A stretch of 64,000 nucleotides of DNA, from assembly GCA_038253555.1 (NCBI GenBank), contig JBBSGZ010000003.1:13-64012 (forward strand), in the 5' to 3' direction. The stretch comes from Thermoanaerobaculia bacterium (GTDB taxonomy: Bacteria; Acidobacteriota; Thermoanaerobaculia; UBA5066; Gp7-AA6). Under the pieces are notes generated by a model. It ran no database searches, was not told the origin of the DNA, and saw nothing but the letters and a program-made list of their open reading frames with translations. Numbering within the stretch: position 1 is the first letter of the stretch; each line of letters starts with the position of its first letter. The translations under genes were made by a program, and so were the position numbers. Below are positions 17,629-27,766 of the stretch, one piece after another.

Positions 17629-19757
17629 TGGCTGCGGGTCCTGTGGATCGTCTCCGTGCGTCCTCCCTCCGGTGCGGTCACTTCGACGCTACCCCCCCGC
17701 TTGCCGATCGTCAAGGTCGCCCCCGAAACGCGGTTGCCGTCGCGATCGACGACGAAGGCGGGGGCTCCCTCGAGGACCGTTCGTCCTTCGGCCGGCCAAT
17801 CCGTGGCCTTCACCGCCTGGCCGCTCCGTCCCTCAGCCGCATCCCGGAACGAGACGTCGCCGTTCATCTCGACACGATCAATCCGGCGGTCCGCTCCGAT
17901 AAAAGCCACGGCGCGCTCGGATGCCGCGCGCCAGGGACCACTCGTCACGACGACGGCGCCCTCGAAGGTGGCGGTCGCAGGCACCGATGCCGGAGGCGGC
18001 GCCGCCGCGGGACCGGCGGGAGAAGGGGAAGTCGAGGGACGAGGCGCGGTTCCCGCCGCGGACCGCCCCGCGCCCGCAATCTCCCGGTAGATGAGTCGGC
18101 GCGCGGTCACGACGGAGGGATGCCGGTCCCTGTCCGAGGTCGAGGCGGCGGGCTTCGCGGGGGCGGGCGAAGGCGGCTTGCGGGAGGCCTCCGCGGGCGA
18201 GAACACCGTCCGGGTGTTCCCGACCGCGACGAGGCTGCGCTCGGCGTCGTTGACGGTTATGTCGTTGCCGAAAAGGGAGGACGCCTCCTGCCAGAGCGTC
18301 GCGTTCCCCGAAAGCGTCGCGACGCGGCTCGCATCGTCAAATGTCATGCGGTCGGCCTTTCCGAACGTCGGCCGCGTCGAATCTCCGACGGGCGTCGCGA
18401 GGCGCGAGCCGTTCTGACGCGGGACGAGCACGGCGCGCGCTCCCCCGTCCGCCCGAACTCCCTTGTGCTTCTGGTCGATCTCGATACGGGACGCCGAAAC
18501 CCGCGAACCCTCCCCCTCGACGGTCGCCGAGCGGCCAGGCCCGCCTGTCAGCACCCAGACGTCGTGGTCGGCGACGTGCACCGCCCGCTCGGCGCTGCCG
18601 GAGCGGCCCTCTCCGTTCATCTTGACCGAGCCCGAAAGCTCCAGTGTCTGGACCTCTCCCGTCGACAGCAGGGTCATGTTCGCCTGATCCGACTCGCCAT
18701 GGTTCCCCGCCGTTTCGATCCGGACGGCGCCTTGCGCGCGCGCGGACCGGGCCTGACCGCCCTCGAAGGACACGTCGATCGAGCTCGCGCGCAACTTCCG
18801 GCCGGCCGCGGCGCCGGGGCCGGGCTGCTCGTCTACGGACGCCGGCGATCCGCTCAGCGCGAGCGAGCGCACGGAACCGTCCGGTGAAAACAGGAGACCG
18901 CCCCGCTCCCCCGCGTACGACTGGCGGCCCCGTTTGCCCGCCCCTGAAGACGAAAGCGCGGCGGACTCGATCGTGCCCGCAACGTGCCCTTCCGCGCGCG
19001 CCCAGTCGAACCCGCGCCCCTCCTCCGAAGTCTTCAGCACGAGGCGGTCGGCGGAAATCCGATTGCCGCCGCTCGATTGACCGGAGACGTTCCCCGAAAG
19101 TTCGACGGTCGCCTGGTCGCGCTTGTAGATTGCGCGGTCCGCGGCGAGCGCGGACAGTCCGCCGGTCCCCTCGCCCGTCCCCGATCCGCGCACGGGTCCC
19201 TCCAGACGCGCTTCCCGATGAGCGACGTCGTAGACGCCGGATCGGGCATCGAGCACGAAGGTGCCGCGAGTCACTCGCAGGGCCCCGGGGGCGACGAGCT
19301 CGCGGGAGGCCGGCTTGAACTCGACGTCCGCAGTTTCTCCGAGCGCGCCGCGGCCGTCGACCCAGCGCACGTTTCCTTTCAGGCGCGCGGCGCCGGTGCG
19401 CTGATCGTAGGTGGCGGTCTCCGAATGCACGGTCACCGGGGCGCCGGTTTCCGGGTAGACGGTGAGCGCGACTTTCTCGAGGGCGTAGAGGTCAGGGAGC
19501 AGGCCGGCGGCTGCGCCAAACCCGACGGTGCGCTCCGACTGGACGTGGAAAAGAGGTTTTCCCCGGAGGGTCTCGGTGTAATCGAAGCCCTTCAGGACGG
19601 TCGTCGCCTGCCCGGCCTCCGCCGAGGGCGGCACCTCCGGACGCGCCGCCCGCCCCGCGGCTGGGCGACGGCCCGGGCGAAACGAGTAGACGAGAAATGC
19701 GACGAAGAGCGCGCCGAACGCCAGGACTCCTGCTTCGACCGCCCGCCGCGCCGTCAT
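17625..19757 (-). CDS. Membrane-anchored LptC/LptA (OstA-like) multi-module periplasmic protein, 710 aa
   Basis: Single N-terminal TM helix ([16 protein letters not shown]). Repeated OstA-like segments ([19 protein letters not shown]; [23 protein letters not shown]; [21 protein letters not shown]). Pro/Ala/Ser linker. Translationally coupled to lptB in the canonical lptC-lptA-lptB position. Confidence 0.6.
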   Translation of the reverse strand: MTARRAVEAGVLAFGALFVAFLVYSFRPGRRPAAGRAARPEVPPSAEAGQATTVLKGFDYTETLRGKPLFHVQSERTVGFGAAAGLLPDLYALEKVALTVYPETGAPVTVHSETATYDQRTGAARLKGNVRWVDGRGALGETADVEFKPASRELVAPGALRVTRGTFVLDARSGVYDVAHREARLEGPVRGSGTGEGTGGLSALAADRAIYKRDQATVELSGNVSGQSSGGNRISADRLVLKTSEEGRGFDWARAEGHVAGTIESAALSSSGAGKRGRQSYAGERGGLLFSPDGSVRSLALSGSPASVDEQPGPGAAAGRKLRASSIDVSFEGGQARSARAQGAVRIETAGNHGESDQANMTLLSTGEVQTLELSGSVKMNGEGRSGSAERAVHVADHDVWVLTGGPGRSATVEGEGSRVSASRIEIDQKHKGVRADGGARAVLVPRQNGSRLATPVGDSTRPTFGKADRMTFDDASRVATLSGNATLWQEASSLFGNDITVNDAERSLVAVGNTRTVFSPAEASRKPPSPAPAKPAASTSDRDRHPSVVTARRLIYREIAGAGRSAAGTAPRPSTSPSPAGPAAAPPPASVPATATFEGAVVVTSGPWRAASERAVAFIGADRRIDRVEMNGDVSFRDAAEGRSGQAVKATDWPAEGRTVLEGAPAFVVDRDGNRVSGATLTIGKRGGSVEVTAPEGGRTETIHRTRSQ

Positions 19758-19824
19758 GGCGAGACCGGCGTCCCTCGCACGGCGGTCCGGTGGTCGCGAC
19801 GGCGCTCGGCGGCCGATCGCCTCA

Positions 19825-21564
19825 TCAGGCTACGACCAGCGTTTCGCGGGCGGCGCCGTCGTCTGCAAGGAACAGGGAGTCCGCGGGAACGCGCGAGGCG
19901 ACAATCTCCGCCTCCGGAGCGCCGTCCCGGCTGCGGCGGAGCCGCATGTGCACGTCCAGTTCCGTGCCTTCCCGCGCCCCCGGGAGGCAACCGGCGCTCC
20001 ACGCGAGACATTCGAGGTCCGGACCTCCGTCTCCGCGCCGCAGCCTGCCGCGGACTCCCGAGGCGCCGAGCGGACGGAATGCGGAAGCGGCCCGCACGCG
20101 GGAAGCGAAGACGGGCCGCGGGTTTCCCATCCCGTGGGGCTCCAGGCGTTCGAGCCACGACAGGAGATCCCGGGTGACGTCGTCGGGTGCAATCTCCGCT
20201 TCGGCCTCTTCGACCGGAACCAGCAGCGCCGCCGGAATCCGGTGGGCGAAGAGTGCCTCCTGCAGCTCGCCGATCCGCGCGGCGGGCAGGCTCGCGCCGA
20301 TGGCTTGGTCGTGCCCGCCGAACTCGTCGAAGATTCCGTCGATTTCCTTCAACGCACCGTGCAACGAGACGCCGGGGATGCTCCTTCCCGATCCTCGCGC
20401 CCTGCCGTCCTGGACGCCGAAGAGGAGCACGGGACGATGGTATTCGCGGGCGAGGCGGGAGGCGGCGATCCCGAGAACACCGCGGTGCCAACCCTCGGAA
20501 GCGAGGACGACGACGGACTCCCGGTCGAGGTCGCATTCCCGCGCAATCCGTTCGCGCGCCTCCGCCGTCACCCGCCGCTCGATCGTCTGGCGCTCGGCGT
20601 TGCGCGTCGAGAGGTCGCGCGCGATCTGCGAAGCGCGGCGCGGGTCCCGTTCTTCGAACAGAGCGAGCGCGAGCTCCGCCGTGTCGAGCCTGCCGGCGGC
20701 GTTCAACCTCGGCGCGATGCGGAAGGCGACCTCTTCGGAGGTGGGCGCGCGTCCGACGACGCCGGCCTCCGCAAGCAGGGCGCGGAGCCCGGGCGCGCGC
20801 GCGTCCGCCAGCGCCGCGAGCCCGAGAGCCGCGATCGTCCGATTTTCCCCGCGCAGCGGCACGAGATCGGCGATCGTCCCGAGAGACGCGGCCCGGAGCA
20901 GGGCGTCCTGCGAGAGGCGGACGCCCGCGCGCCGCGCCACGGCTTGCGCGAGCTTCATCGCGATTCCGCACGCGGCCAGCTCTTTTTCCGGATAGCCGCA
21001 TCCGGGCTGGCGCGGGTTGACGACGATGGCTCCGGCCGGAAGCTCGTCCGGGACTAAATGGTGGTCCGTCACGACGACCTCCACGCCGGCCGCGCGAGCG
21101 CAGGCCACGCCCTCGATCGCGGTGATCCCGCAGTCGACCGTGACCAGCACGGACGGGCGAAGCTCGTCGAGAACGCGCCGCACCGTGTCGGGGCGGAGGC
21201 CGTATCCGTCGCGGAGGCGGTGCGGAAGAAAGGCGACAGCATCCGCGCCGGCGCGCAGCAGCGCGGCGCGGAGCTGCGCCACCGAGGTCACCCCGTCCAC
21301 GTCGTAATCGCCGAAGACCACGATCCTCCGGCCGTTACGGGCGGCAGTCACTAAGACCTCCGCGGCTTCCGCCGCTCCCTTCAGCAGAAAAGGATCGTGC
21401 AGAGCGCCGGCGTCCGGCCGGAGAAACGCGCGGACCGCGTCGGGAGTCGAGGCGCCGCGTTCGAGCAGGAGAGAGGCAACGAGCGGCGGCACGCCCGATC
21501 CGGCGGCCAGGGCGGGTGCGGCCGGGTTCGGAGACCGGAGCGTCCAGAGGGCTTGCAGGGGCAT
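19825..21564 (-). CDS. recJ: Single-stranded-DNA-specific exonuclease RecJ
   Basis: DHH-family motifs: VVFGDYDVDGVTS, VTVDCGI, VVTDHH. DHHA1-like GGHDQAIG. Confidence 0.9.
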   Translation of the reverse strand: MPLQALWTLRSPNPAAPALAAGSGVPPLVASLLLERGASTPDAVRAFLRPDAGALHDPFLLKGAAEAAEVLVTAARNGRRIVVFGDYDVDGVTSVAQLRAALLRAGADAVAFLPHRLRDGYGLRPDTVRRVLDELRPSVLVTVDCGITAIEGVACARAAGVEVVVTDHHLVPDELPAGAIVVNPRQPGCGYPEKELAACGIAMKLAQAVARRAGVRLSQDALLRAASLGTIADLVPLRGENRTIAALGLAALADARAPGLRALLAEAGVVGRAPTSEEVAFRIAPRLNAAGRLDTAELALALFEERDPRRASQIARDLSTRNAERQTIERRVTAEARERIARECDLDRESVVVLASEGWHRGVLGIAASRLAREYHRPVLLFGVQDGRARGSGRSIPGVSLHGALKEIDGIFDEFGGHDQAIGASLPAARIGELQEALFAHRIPAALLVPVEEAEAEIAPDDVTRDLLSWLERLEPHGMGNPRPVFASRVRAASAFRPLGASGVRGRLRRGDGGPDLECLAWSAGCLPGAREGTELDVHMRLRRSRDGAPEAEIVASRVPADSLFLADDGAARETLVVA

Positions 21565-21635
21565 GTCTCAGTGTCGCCGCGGGATGCGACAAACGACGTC
21601 CGGGCGAAAACCACGTCTTGCCCGGGCGCTGCCTC

Positions 21636-22646
21636 TCACGCGCCGCCGGGGATTGTCTCGAAACGCCCGAGAGCCCGGAATTTCCGGTAGCGGGCCTCTC
21701 CGCGGTCAGCCGCCGTCTGAGACAGCAGGGGTCGGAGGTGGCGCTCGATCACTTCCCCGACCGCGGCGGTGGCGCCGGAGGGATCGGAGTGGGCGCCGCC
21801 CGGCGGCTCGGGAATGATCTCGTCGACGACGTCCAAGGCTTTCAGATCGGCGGCCGTGAGCTTGAGCGCTTCCGCCGCGTCCTTCTTGCGGGCCGCGTCT
21901 TTCCAGAGGATGGCCGCGCAGCCCTCGGGAGAAATGACGGAGTAGACAGAGTGCTCGAGCATCAGGACGCGGTCGCCTATGCCGAGGGCGAGGGCGCCGC
22001 CCGAGCCCCCCTCCCCCGTGATCGTGACGATGATCGGAACCTTGAGACAGGCCATGGCGCGCAGGTTCACCGCGATGGCTTCCGCCTGGCCGCGCTCCTC
22101 CGCGTCGATCCCGGGATACGCACCGGTCGTGTCGACGAAGGACAGCACAGGCCGGTTGAATTTCTCCGCCAGCTGCATTACGCGGAGCGCCTTCCGAAAT
22201 CCCTCGGGCCGCGGCATCCCGAAATTGCGCCGGATCTTTTCCTTCGTGTCGCGTCCCTTCTGATGCCCCACGACGGCCACAGGACGGCCGCGGAACGACG
22301 CGAAACCCGCGACGATGGCGGCATCGTCCGAGAACTTGCGATCTCCATGGAGCTCCACGAAATCCGTGGTCAACGCGCCCACATAGTCGAGGGCATAGGG
22401 CCGCGCGGGATGCCTCGCCACGACCGTCTTCTGCCATGGAGATAGCCCCGCATAGATTTCCCGCGTCAATCGCTCGAGCTTCTCTTTCAGCTTCTCGATC
22501 TCCCGCCGGTGTGCCGCTTCGTCCGGCATCGCGGATAAGTCCTCGATCCGCTGGCGCAGCTTCGTCAGCGGCTCTTCGAAGCTCGATTCCTCGGAATTCA
22601 TTCGGAGAGATTGTATCGAGAAGGGGCTGACCTGCGCGCCGGACAT
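21636..22646 (-). CDS. accA: Acetyl-CoA carboxylase carboxyltransferase alpha subunit
   Basis: Full-length AccA-like sequence (RHPARPY, FVDTTGAYPG, EGGSGGALALG). A more likely ATG lies at 22601 (MNSEESSFEEPL). Confidence 0.9.
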   Translation of the reverse strand: MSGAQVSPFSIQSLRMNSEESSFEEPLTKLRQRIEDLSAMPDEAAHRREIEKLKEKLERLTREIYAGLSPWQKTVVARHPARPYALDYVGALTTDFVELHGDRKFSDDAAIVAGFASFRGRPVAVVGHQKGRDTKEKIRRNFGMPRPEGFRKALRVMQLAEKFNRPVLSFVDTTGAYPGIDAEERGQAEAIAVNLRAMACLKVPIIVTITGEGGSGGALALGIGDRVLMLEHSVYSVISPEGCAAILWKDAARKKDAAEALKLTAADLKALDVVDEIIPEPPGGAHSDPSGATAAVGEVIERHLRPLLSQTAADRGEARYRKFRALGRFETIPGGA

Positions 22647-22733
22647 CGTAGATTCGCCCTCACCCCCACGCTCTCACCGAGGTCGTGAAGAAGACGTTCG
22701 CAAGGACCCCCGGCAACGAATGCGCGACGAGTC

Positions 22734-22862
22734 CCTGCGGGCCCCCTCACGCCAGCCCTCTCCCCGAGCGCGGGGCGAGGGGCAGTGCTGCGCCACCACC
22801 ACGAGGGTGGCTAAGCTCGCCCCGAGAGGAGTCTCCCGACCAGAGGGAGGGAGGAGCCTCTC
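22734..22862. repeat. Dispersed intergenic repeat, copy 1 (REP/MITE-like, hairpin core)
   Basis: About 128 nt, alignable by eye at high identity to 63873-64000. The core ccctctccccgagcgcggggcgaggg forms an imperfect hairpin. A degenerate half copy lies at 22657-22683. Confidence 0.8.
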
Positions 22863-22993
22863 GGGGCGGGAGCGTGAGCGAACGCAGTGAGCGGAAGCGA
22901 CGTGAGCCGGGCGGTCGAGCCCTCAGGCGAGCCGCCCGGCGGTGCGTTCGCCCGCAGGCGAAGGCAGGTTCCGGAGTGAGCGGAGGCGACGGC

Positions 22994-25399
22994 TTACATG
23001 AGGTCCTGCGGGTCGACGTCCGCCGCGATCTGGACTCCCGAGGGCGGCCTCTCCGGGATGCACGACTCGAGGATCGCGAGGATCGCGCGCCGGTCGGGCG
23101 CCCGCAACAGAACCTGGAAACGCCACTTGCCCTGGAGCCTCTCGAGAGGCGCCGGGGCGGGGCCCGAGAGACGGAGACCGGGAGCTCCCTCCGCGGCCCC
23201 GGCGATCGAAGCCGCCGTCTGCTGCGCGCGCTCCCGGTCGGGCGAGGACACCAGGATGGCGGCGAGCTCGCAGAACGGCGGATAGAAAAACGACCGGCGG
23301 AAGAGGAGCTCATCGGCGCAGAAGCCGTCCACGTCGTGTTCTGCGGCGCGGCGGATCGCCGGGTGCTGCGGATGGAAAGTCTGGACGTGCACGGTCCCGG
23401 GCGAGCTCCCGCGGCCCGCCCGGCCCGCAACCTGCGCCACGAGCTGAAAGGTCTTCTCCGCGGAACGGAAGTCGGGAAAATTCAACACCGTGTCGGCCGA
23501 GAGCACTCCGACCGCGGTGACGTTCGGGAAATCGTGCCCTTTCGCCACCATCTGGGTTCCGATGAGACAGGCCACGCGGCCGGCGAGGACGTCTTCGACG
23601 ACGGCGCCGGCTCCCCTCCGGCGCGAGCTGTCCCGGTCGAGCACGGCGTACGCGACGCCGGGAAAGAGTTCCGCGAAGCGGTCGCCCACACGCTCGGTTC
23701 CGAACCCGATGGCTTCGAGCAGCGCCCCGGAACATTCGGGGCATCGGAGCGGCCGGGCGAGGCGCTCGCCGCAGTAGTGGCAGACCAGGCGCTGGCCGCG
23801 GTCATGGACCGTCCGCGCGACGCTGCAGTTCGTGCACCGGAAGTCGTGCCCGCATTCCCGGCAGAGGAGAAAGGGCGCGTAGCCGCGTCGCGGCTGCAGC
23901 AGGATGGCCTGCTCGCCCCGGCCGAACGTTTCGCGCAACCGCTCGACCAGCGGCCGGGAGAACAGGGGGATTCCCTTCTCGTCCGGGCGCGGCGATTCTC
24001 GGCGGAGGTCGACGATGGACACGCGCGGCAGGGGTTTCGCCTCGACCCGTTCCGTCAGCAGGAGCCGGGCGACGCGGCCCTGCCGGGATGCGTGGTACGC
24101 CTCGAGAGACGGGGTCGCCGTGCCGAACAGGAGCGCCGCGCGGGCGCTCCGGGCCCGCAGCGCGGCGACCTCTCTCGCGTCGTAACGGGGAGACTCGCGC
24201 TGCTTGTAGGACGAGTCATGCTCCTCGTCCACGATGATGACACCCGGGTCGGCGACCGGGGCGAAGATCGCCGACCGGGGCCCGATCACGGCGCGCGCAT
24301 CCCCTCGCCGGACCCGCTCCCAGGCGAGCCCGCGATCGCGCTCGGAGAGCGCGGAGTGCAGCAGGGCCGCGCGGTCGCCGAACTGCCGGGTGAGCTCGCG
24401 CGCGAAGACGGGCGTGAGCGCGATTTCGGGGACGAGCCAGATCGCGCCGCGCCCGGCGCCGAGCGCCTCGCCGATCGCGCGGAGGTACACCTCCGTCTTG
24501 CCGCTCCCGGTCACCCCCTGCAGCAGCGCGGGGAAGTAGCGCCTCTCCCGAATGGCTGAGGTCAACGCCGACACCGCGGTCCCCTGCTCGATCGTGAGCC
24601 GGAAGGCGGGCCGGGCGGCGAGGGCTGGCGGGGCTTCCTCGCGCACGGGCTGCTCGAAGGAACGGACGAGGCCGGAGATTGCCAGCGTACGGAGGACCGA
24701 CGGGCCGGCTCCCGTCGCCAGGCGCACCTCGACCGCGGTGGCCGGCTTTCCGAGCGCCGCGAGCCAGACGAGGACCTGTTTGCCGCGGGCGCTTCGCCGC
24801 ACGGCATCCCGAGGTCCCGCGGCGGGAAGGTAGGCGGTCTCGGTTTTTGCGCGGCGGTCGCGGAACGTGGAGATTCCTCGCACCCATCCGCGTTCCTCGA
24901 GAGACCGCAGCGCTTCCGCGCTCCCTTTCGGCAGGTCGGCCGCCCGGACGGCTTCCCCGGACGCGAGGGCCTCGAGCACGGGAGCCTCGAGGCCGGAAGC
25001 GTGGCCGAGCGCTCCTTTTTCCGTGATGCGGTATCGGAGCGCTCCCGGCGCCGGCAGCCGCGCCGGAAGGGCGCTTTTCAGCACCTCCCCCGTCGACGCG
25101 AAGAACCGCTGCGCCGTGCGGCGCGCCAGGTCCAGAAGGTCAGGAGGGCAGACCGGATCCGTGTCGAGGACCTCCAAAATCTCCCTCATTCCGGATGCGC
25201 TCTGCGCAGAGGTCGAGACGACCACCCCCGTGAGGGCCCGCTCGCCGAAGGGGACCCGCACGCGGGTGCCGGGCGACGGCGTTACCGCGCCGGCGGCGAC
25301 CAGATACGAGAATTCACGCCGCAGGGGGAGAGGGAGCGCGACCGAGACGATCGGCCGGGTATCCGGTGTGTCCGTCAACGGACGCGGCCGCGACGGCAC
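22994..25399 (-). CDS. priA: Primosomal protein N' (replication restart helicase PriA)
   Basis: GVTGSGKTEVY Walker A, VDEEHD, Cys-rich zinc insertion (CRECGHDFRCTNCS...CHYCG...CPEC). Confidence 0.9.
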   Translation of the reverse strand: MPSRPRPLTDTPDTRPIVSVALPLPLRREFSYLVAAGAVTPSPGTRVRVPFGERALTGVVVSTSAQSASGMREILEVLDTDPVCPPDLLDLARRTAQRFFASTGEVLKSALPARLPAPGALRYRITEKGALGHASGLEAPVLEALASGEAVRAADLPKGSAEALRSLEERGWVRGISTFRDRRAKTETAYLPAAGPRDAVRRSARGKQVLVWLAALGKPATAVEVRLATGAGPSVLRTLAISGLVRSFEQPVREEAPPALAARPAFRLTIEQGTAVSALTSAIRERRYFPALLQGVTGSGKTEVYLRAIGEALGAGRGAIWLVPEIALTPVFARELTRQFGDRAALLHSALSERDRGLAWERVRRGDARAVIGPRSAIFAPVADPGVIIVDEEHDSSYKQRESPRYDAREVAALRARSARAALLFGTATPSLEAYHASRQGRVARLLLTERVEAKPLPRVSIVDLRRESPRPDEKGIPLFSRPLVERLRETFGRGEQAILLQPRRGYAPFLLCRECGHDFRCTNCSVARTVHDRGQRLVCHYCGERLARPLRCPECSGALLEAIGFGTERVGDRFAELFPGVAYAVLDRDSSRRRGAGAVVEDVLAGRVACLIGTQMVAKGHDFPNVTAVGVLSADTVLNFPDFRSAEKTFQLVAQVAGRAGRGSSPGTVHVQTFHPQHPAIRRAAEHDVDGFCADELLFRRSFFYPPFCELAAILVSSPDRERAQQTAASIAGAAEGAPGLRLSGPAPAPLERLQGKWRFQVLLRAPDRRAILAILESCIPERPPSGVQIAADVDPQDLM

Positions 25400-25432
25400 G
25401 GCGGTGCGGACCTGTCGAGATGCCGCACGCTT

Positions 25433-26155
25433 CTATCCGCGCTGCGCCCACCTGCGGGCGCCGGCGGGCCCTCCGGTCTGGGAAACGGAGGGCGAGTCCG
25501 CGTCCTCGGAGGATTCAGGAACGAGCACGAAGGTGTGTGATGCGGGGTCCCAGTGATACCGCCGCACCGTGTCGCTCTCGAGATCGGGGGTGATCACGAT
25601 CGAATCTCGGTCTACGGACAGATCTCCGCGCGCGAGGCTGATGTCCCGCTCGAGAAAGATTCCGGAGGAAAACCCGGCGGCCCCCCCCGGAACGCTCCTC
25701 CCCATGAAAATCACCACGGAAAACCAGGGGGTTCCGCGCCCGAGGTCGCGCCGCACGAACGCGACCACCATGTCGAGGACTCCGTCGTCGTTGACGTCGC
25801 CGCGCACGAAGTACGGATGATAAATGCCGTAGAGGCTTTTGAGCTCCGCGTCACCGTCAGATCCGGCGCGCCGGTCTCCGTCTCGCGCCACGCGGAGATT
25901 CGAGTTTCTTCTCAGAAAATCGTCGAGCGCGCCGGTCTCCTGCGGTGTGAAGACGTAACCGTTGGACATCGCGCGCGCGGCTGACTGGGGGCGCGCGGGC
26001 GACGCCTCCGCGGACGCGCCGCCGGCTTCCGCCCCGCCCCTGCCGGCGCGCCGGCATGACGGACTCCAGAGCGCGACCAGGCACAGCGCGAGCGCTCCGC
26101 GAGCCCGCCGCCGGAGAGCGCGAGGGAGACGGATTTCGGTGAGATCGAAGGGCAT
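25433..26155 (-). CDS. Hypothetical exported protein
   Basis: ATG at 26155. Basic N-terminus plus hydrophobic segment ALALCLVALWSPSC. One FG-GAP/VCBS-like GDVNDDGVLDMVV motif. No family recognised. Confidence 0.5.
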   Translation of the reverse strand: MPFDLTEIRLPRALRRRARGALALCLVALWSPSCRRAGRGGAEAGGASAEASPARPQSAARAMSNGYVFTPQETGALDDFLRRNSNLRVARDGDRRAGSDGDAELKSLYGIYHPYFVRGDVNDDGVLDMVVAFVRRDLGRGTPWFSVVIFMGRSVPGGAAGFSSGIFLERDISLARGDLSVDRDSIVITPDLESDTVRRYHWDPASHTFVLVPESSEDADSPSVSQTGGPAGARRWAQRG

Positions 26156-26261
26156 GGGCTCGCGAGGCGGAGATTGTATGGCAACGGTCGAAGCCCGCCG
26201 CGCGGCCACTGGCGGCCTTTCGAACGGCGCGGTGAGGCTTCTTTCACCAGCCCTTCTGCTA

Positions 26262-27707
26262 ATGTTGCAGCCCTCGTGCGGAGCGGCCACGGCCGGGGCC
26301 CGGCGCGGGGCAACGGGAGGAATTCTGAGACAGGAAAAAGACAGTCTCGGGATCCGGGAGATCCCTGATGCCGCTTACTGGGGCGCACAGACCTCGCGGG
26401 CCGTCGAGAACTATCCGATCTCCGGCGAGCGCGCTCACCCCGAAATGGTGCGCGCCTATACCTTCATCAAGAAGGCGTGCGCGGAAACCAACCTGGAATT
26501 CGGAAGACTCCCGGCCGAAAAGGCGCGGGCCGTGATCGCCGCCTGCGACGAGGTGCTCGCCGGCGGGCTGTCGGACCAGTTCGTCGTCGATGTTTACCAG
26601 GCCGGCGCGGGAACGTCGTTTCACATGAACGTGAACGAGGTGCTCGCGGGCCGTGCGGCCGAGCTCCTGGGGAACTCACGCGGAGATCGCACGGCGATCA
26701 ACCCCAACGACGACGTGAATCTGGGCCAGTCCACGAACGACACCTTTCCGACGGCCCTCCACATGGCCGCCGTGGCGGTCGGCCGGCCGCTCGCCGCCGA
26801 GGTCGGTCTGGCGGCGGACTCCCTGGCGCGAAAGGGGGCCGAGTTCGCCGGGATCGTTAAGTCCGGCCGGACGCATCTCATGGACGCGGTGCCCGTCACT
26901 CTCGGCCAGGAGTTTCGCGCCTACGGCGCCGCGCTCGCTCACCGGCGACAGGCTCTCGATCGTTCCCTCGACAATCTCCTGGAGCTCGCTCTCGGCGGCT
27001 CCGCGGCCGGGACCGGGTTGAACACGCCGGCGGGCTTTCGCGAGAGGGCGATCGCGGCCCTCGCGCGGCAGACGGGCGAACGCTACGTCCCGGCAGCCGA
27101 CCCGCGAGAGGCGATGCAGAGCCGGGCCGCTGCGGGCGACTATTCCGCAGCGTTGCGGTCGCTCGCGGTCGAGCTCGGCCGCGTGGCCAACGACCTTCGT
27201 CTTCTGGCATCCGGACCGGCGACGGGCCTCGACGAGATCCGCCTCCCTCCCGTGCAGCCCGGCTCCTCGATCATGCCGGGCAAGGTGAACCCGTCGCTGC
27301 TCGAATGCCTCAATATGCTTTGTTTTCAGATCATCGGAATGGACGCCGCGAACCTGATGGCGGTCGGCGGCGGTCAGCTGGAGCTGAACGTGATGATGCC
27401 GCTCCTGGCCCACAACCTGACGCGGGGGCCGCAGCTTTTGATCAACTTCCTCCCGATTTTTCGCAAGCGGTGTCTCGACGGGATCACCGCGAACGCGGAC
27501 AAGTGCCGCCACTATCTCGAACAGTCCCCGTCGGTGATCACCGCCCTGACCCCGAAGATCGGCTACGCAAAAGCGGCCGAGATCTTCAAGGAAGCGGTCG
27601 CGCGCGGCGTCCTCGTCCGCGAGGTGCTGCTCGAGAAACGGATCGTGACGGAAAAAGAGCTCGAGGAGGCGATGGCCCCCGCGATGCTTCTCGGCCCACT
27701 CGATTGA
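26262..27707 (+). CDS. aspA: Aspartate ammonia-lyase (class II fumarase/aspartase family)
   Basis: EKDSLGIREIP..AYWGAQT, FVVDVYQAGAGTS.HMN.NEV (aspartase-like), SQSTNDTFPTA, GSSIMPGKVNP. The start is uncertain: ATG 26262 is preferred, ATG 26178 is possible. Confidence 0.8.
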   Translation: MLQPSCGAATAGARRGATGGILRQEKDSLGIREIPDAAYWGAQTSRAVENYPISGERAHPEMVRAYTFIKKACAETNLEFGRLPAEKARAVIAACDEVLAGGLSDQFVVDVYQAGAGTSFHMNVNEVLAGRAAELLGNSRGDRTAINPNDDVNLGQSTNDTFPTALHMAAVAVGRPLAAEVGLAADSLARKGAEFAGIVKSGRTHLMDAVPVTLGQEFRAYGAALAHRRQALDRSLDNLLELALGGSAAGTGLNTPAGFRERAIAALARQTGERYVPAADPREAMQSRAAAGDYSAALRSLAVELGRVANDLRLLASGPATGLDEIRLPPVQPGSSIMPGKVNPSLLECLNMLCFQIIGMDAANLMAVGGGQLELNVMMPLLAHNLTRGPQLLINFLPIFRKRCLDGITANADKCRHYLEQSPSVITALTPKIGYAKAAEIFKEAVARGVLVREVLLEKRIVTEKELEEAMAPAMLLGPLD

Positions 27708-27766
27708 TCGGATCGGATTCTTTCGGCCGCTTCCAGGCGGTCACTCGACAAAGGAGGGGAGACCCG

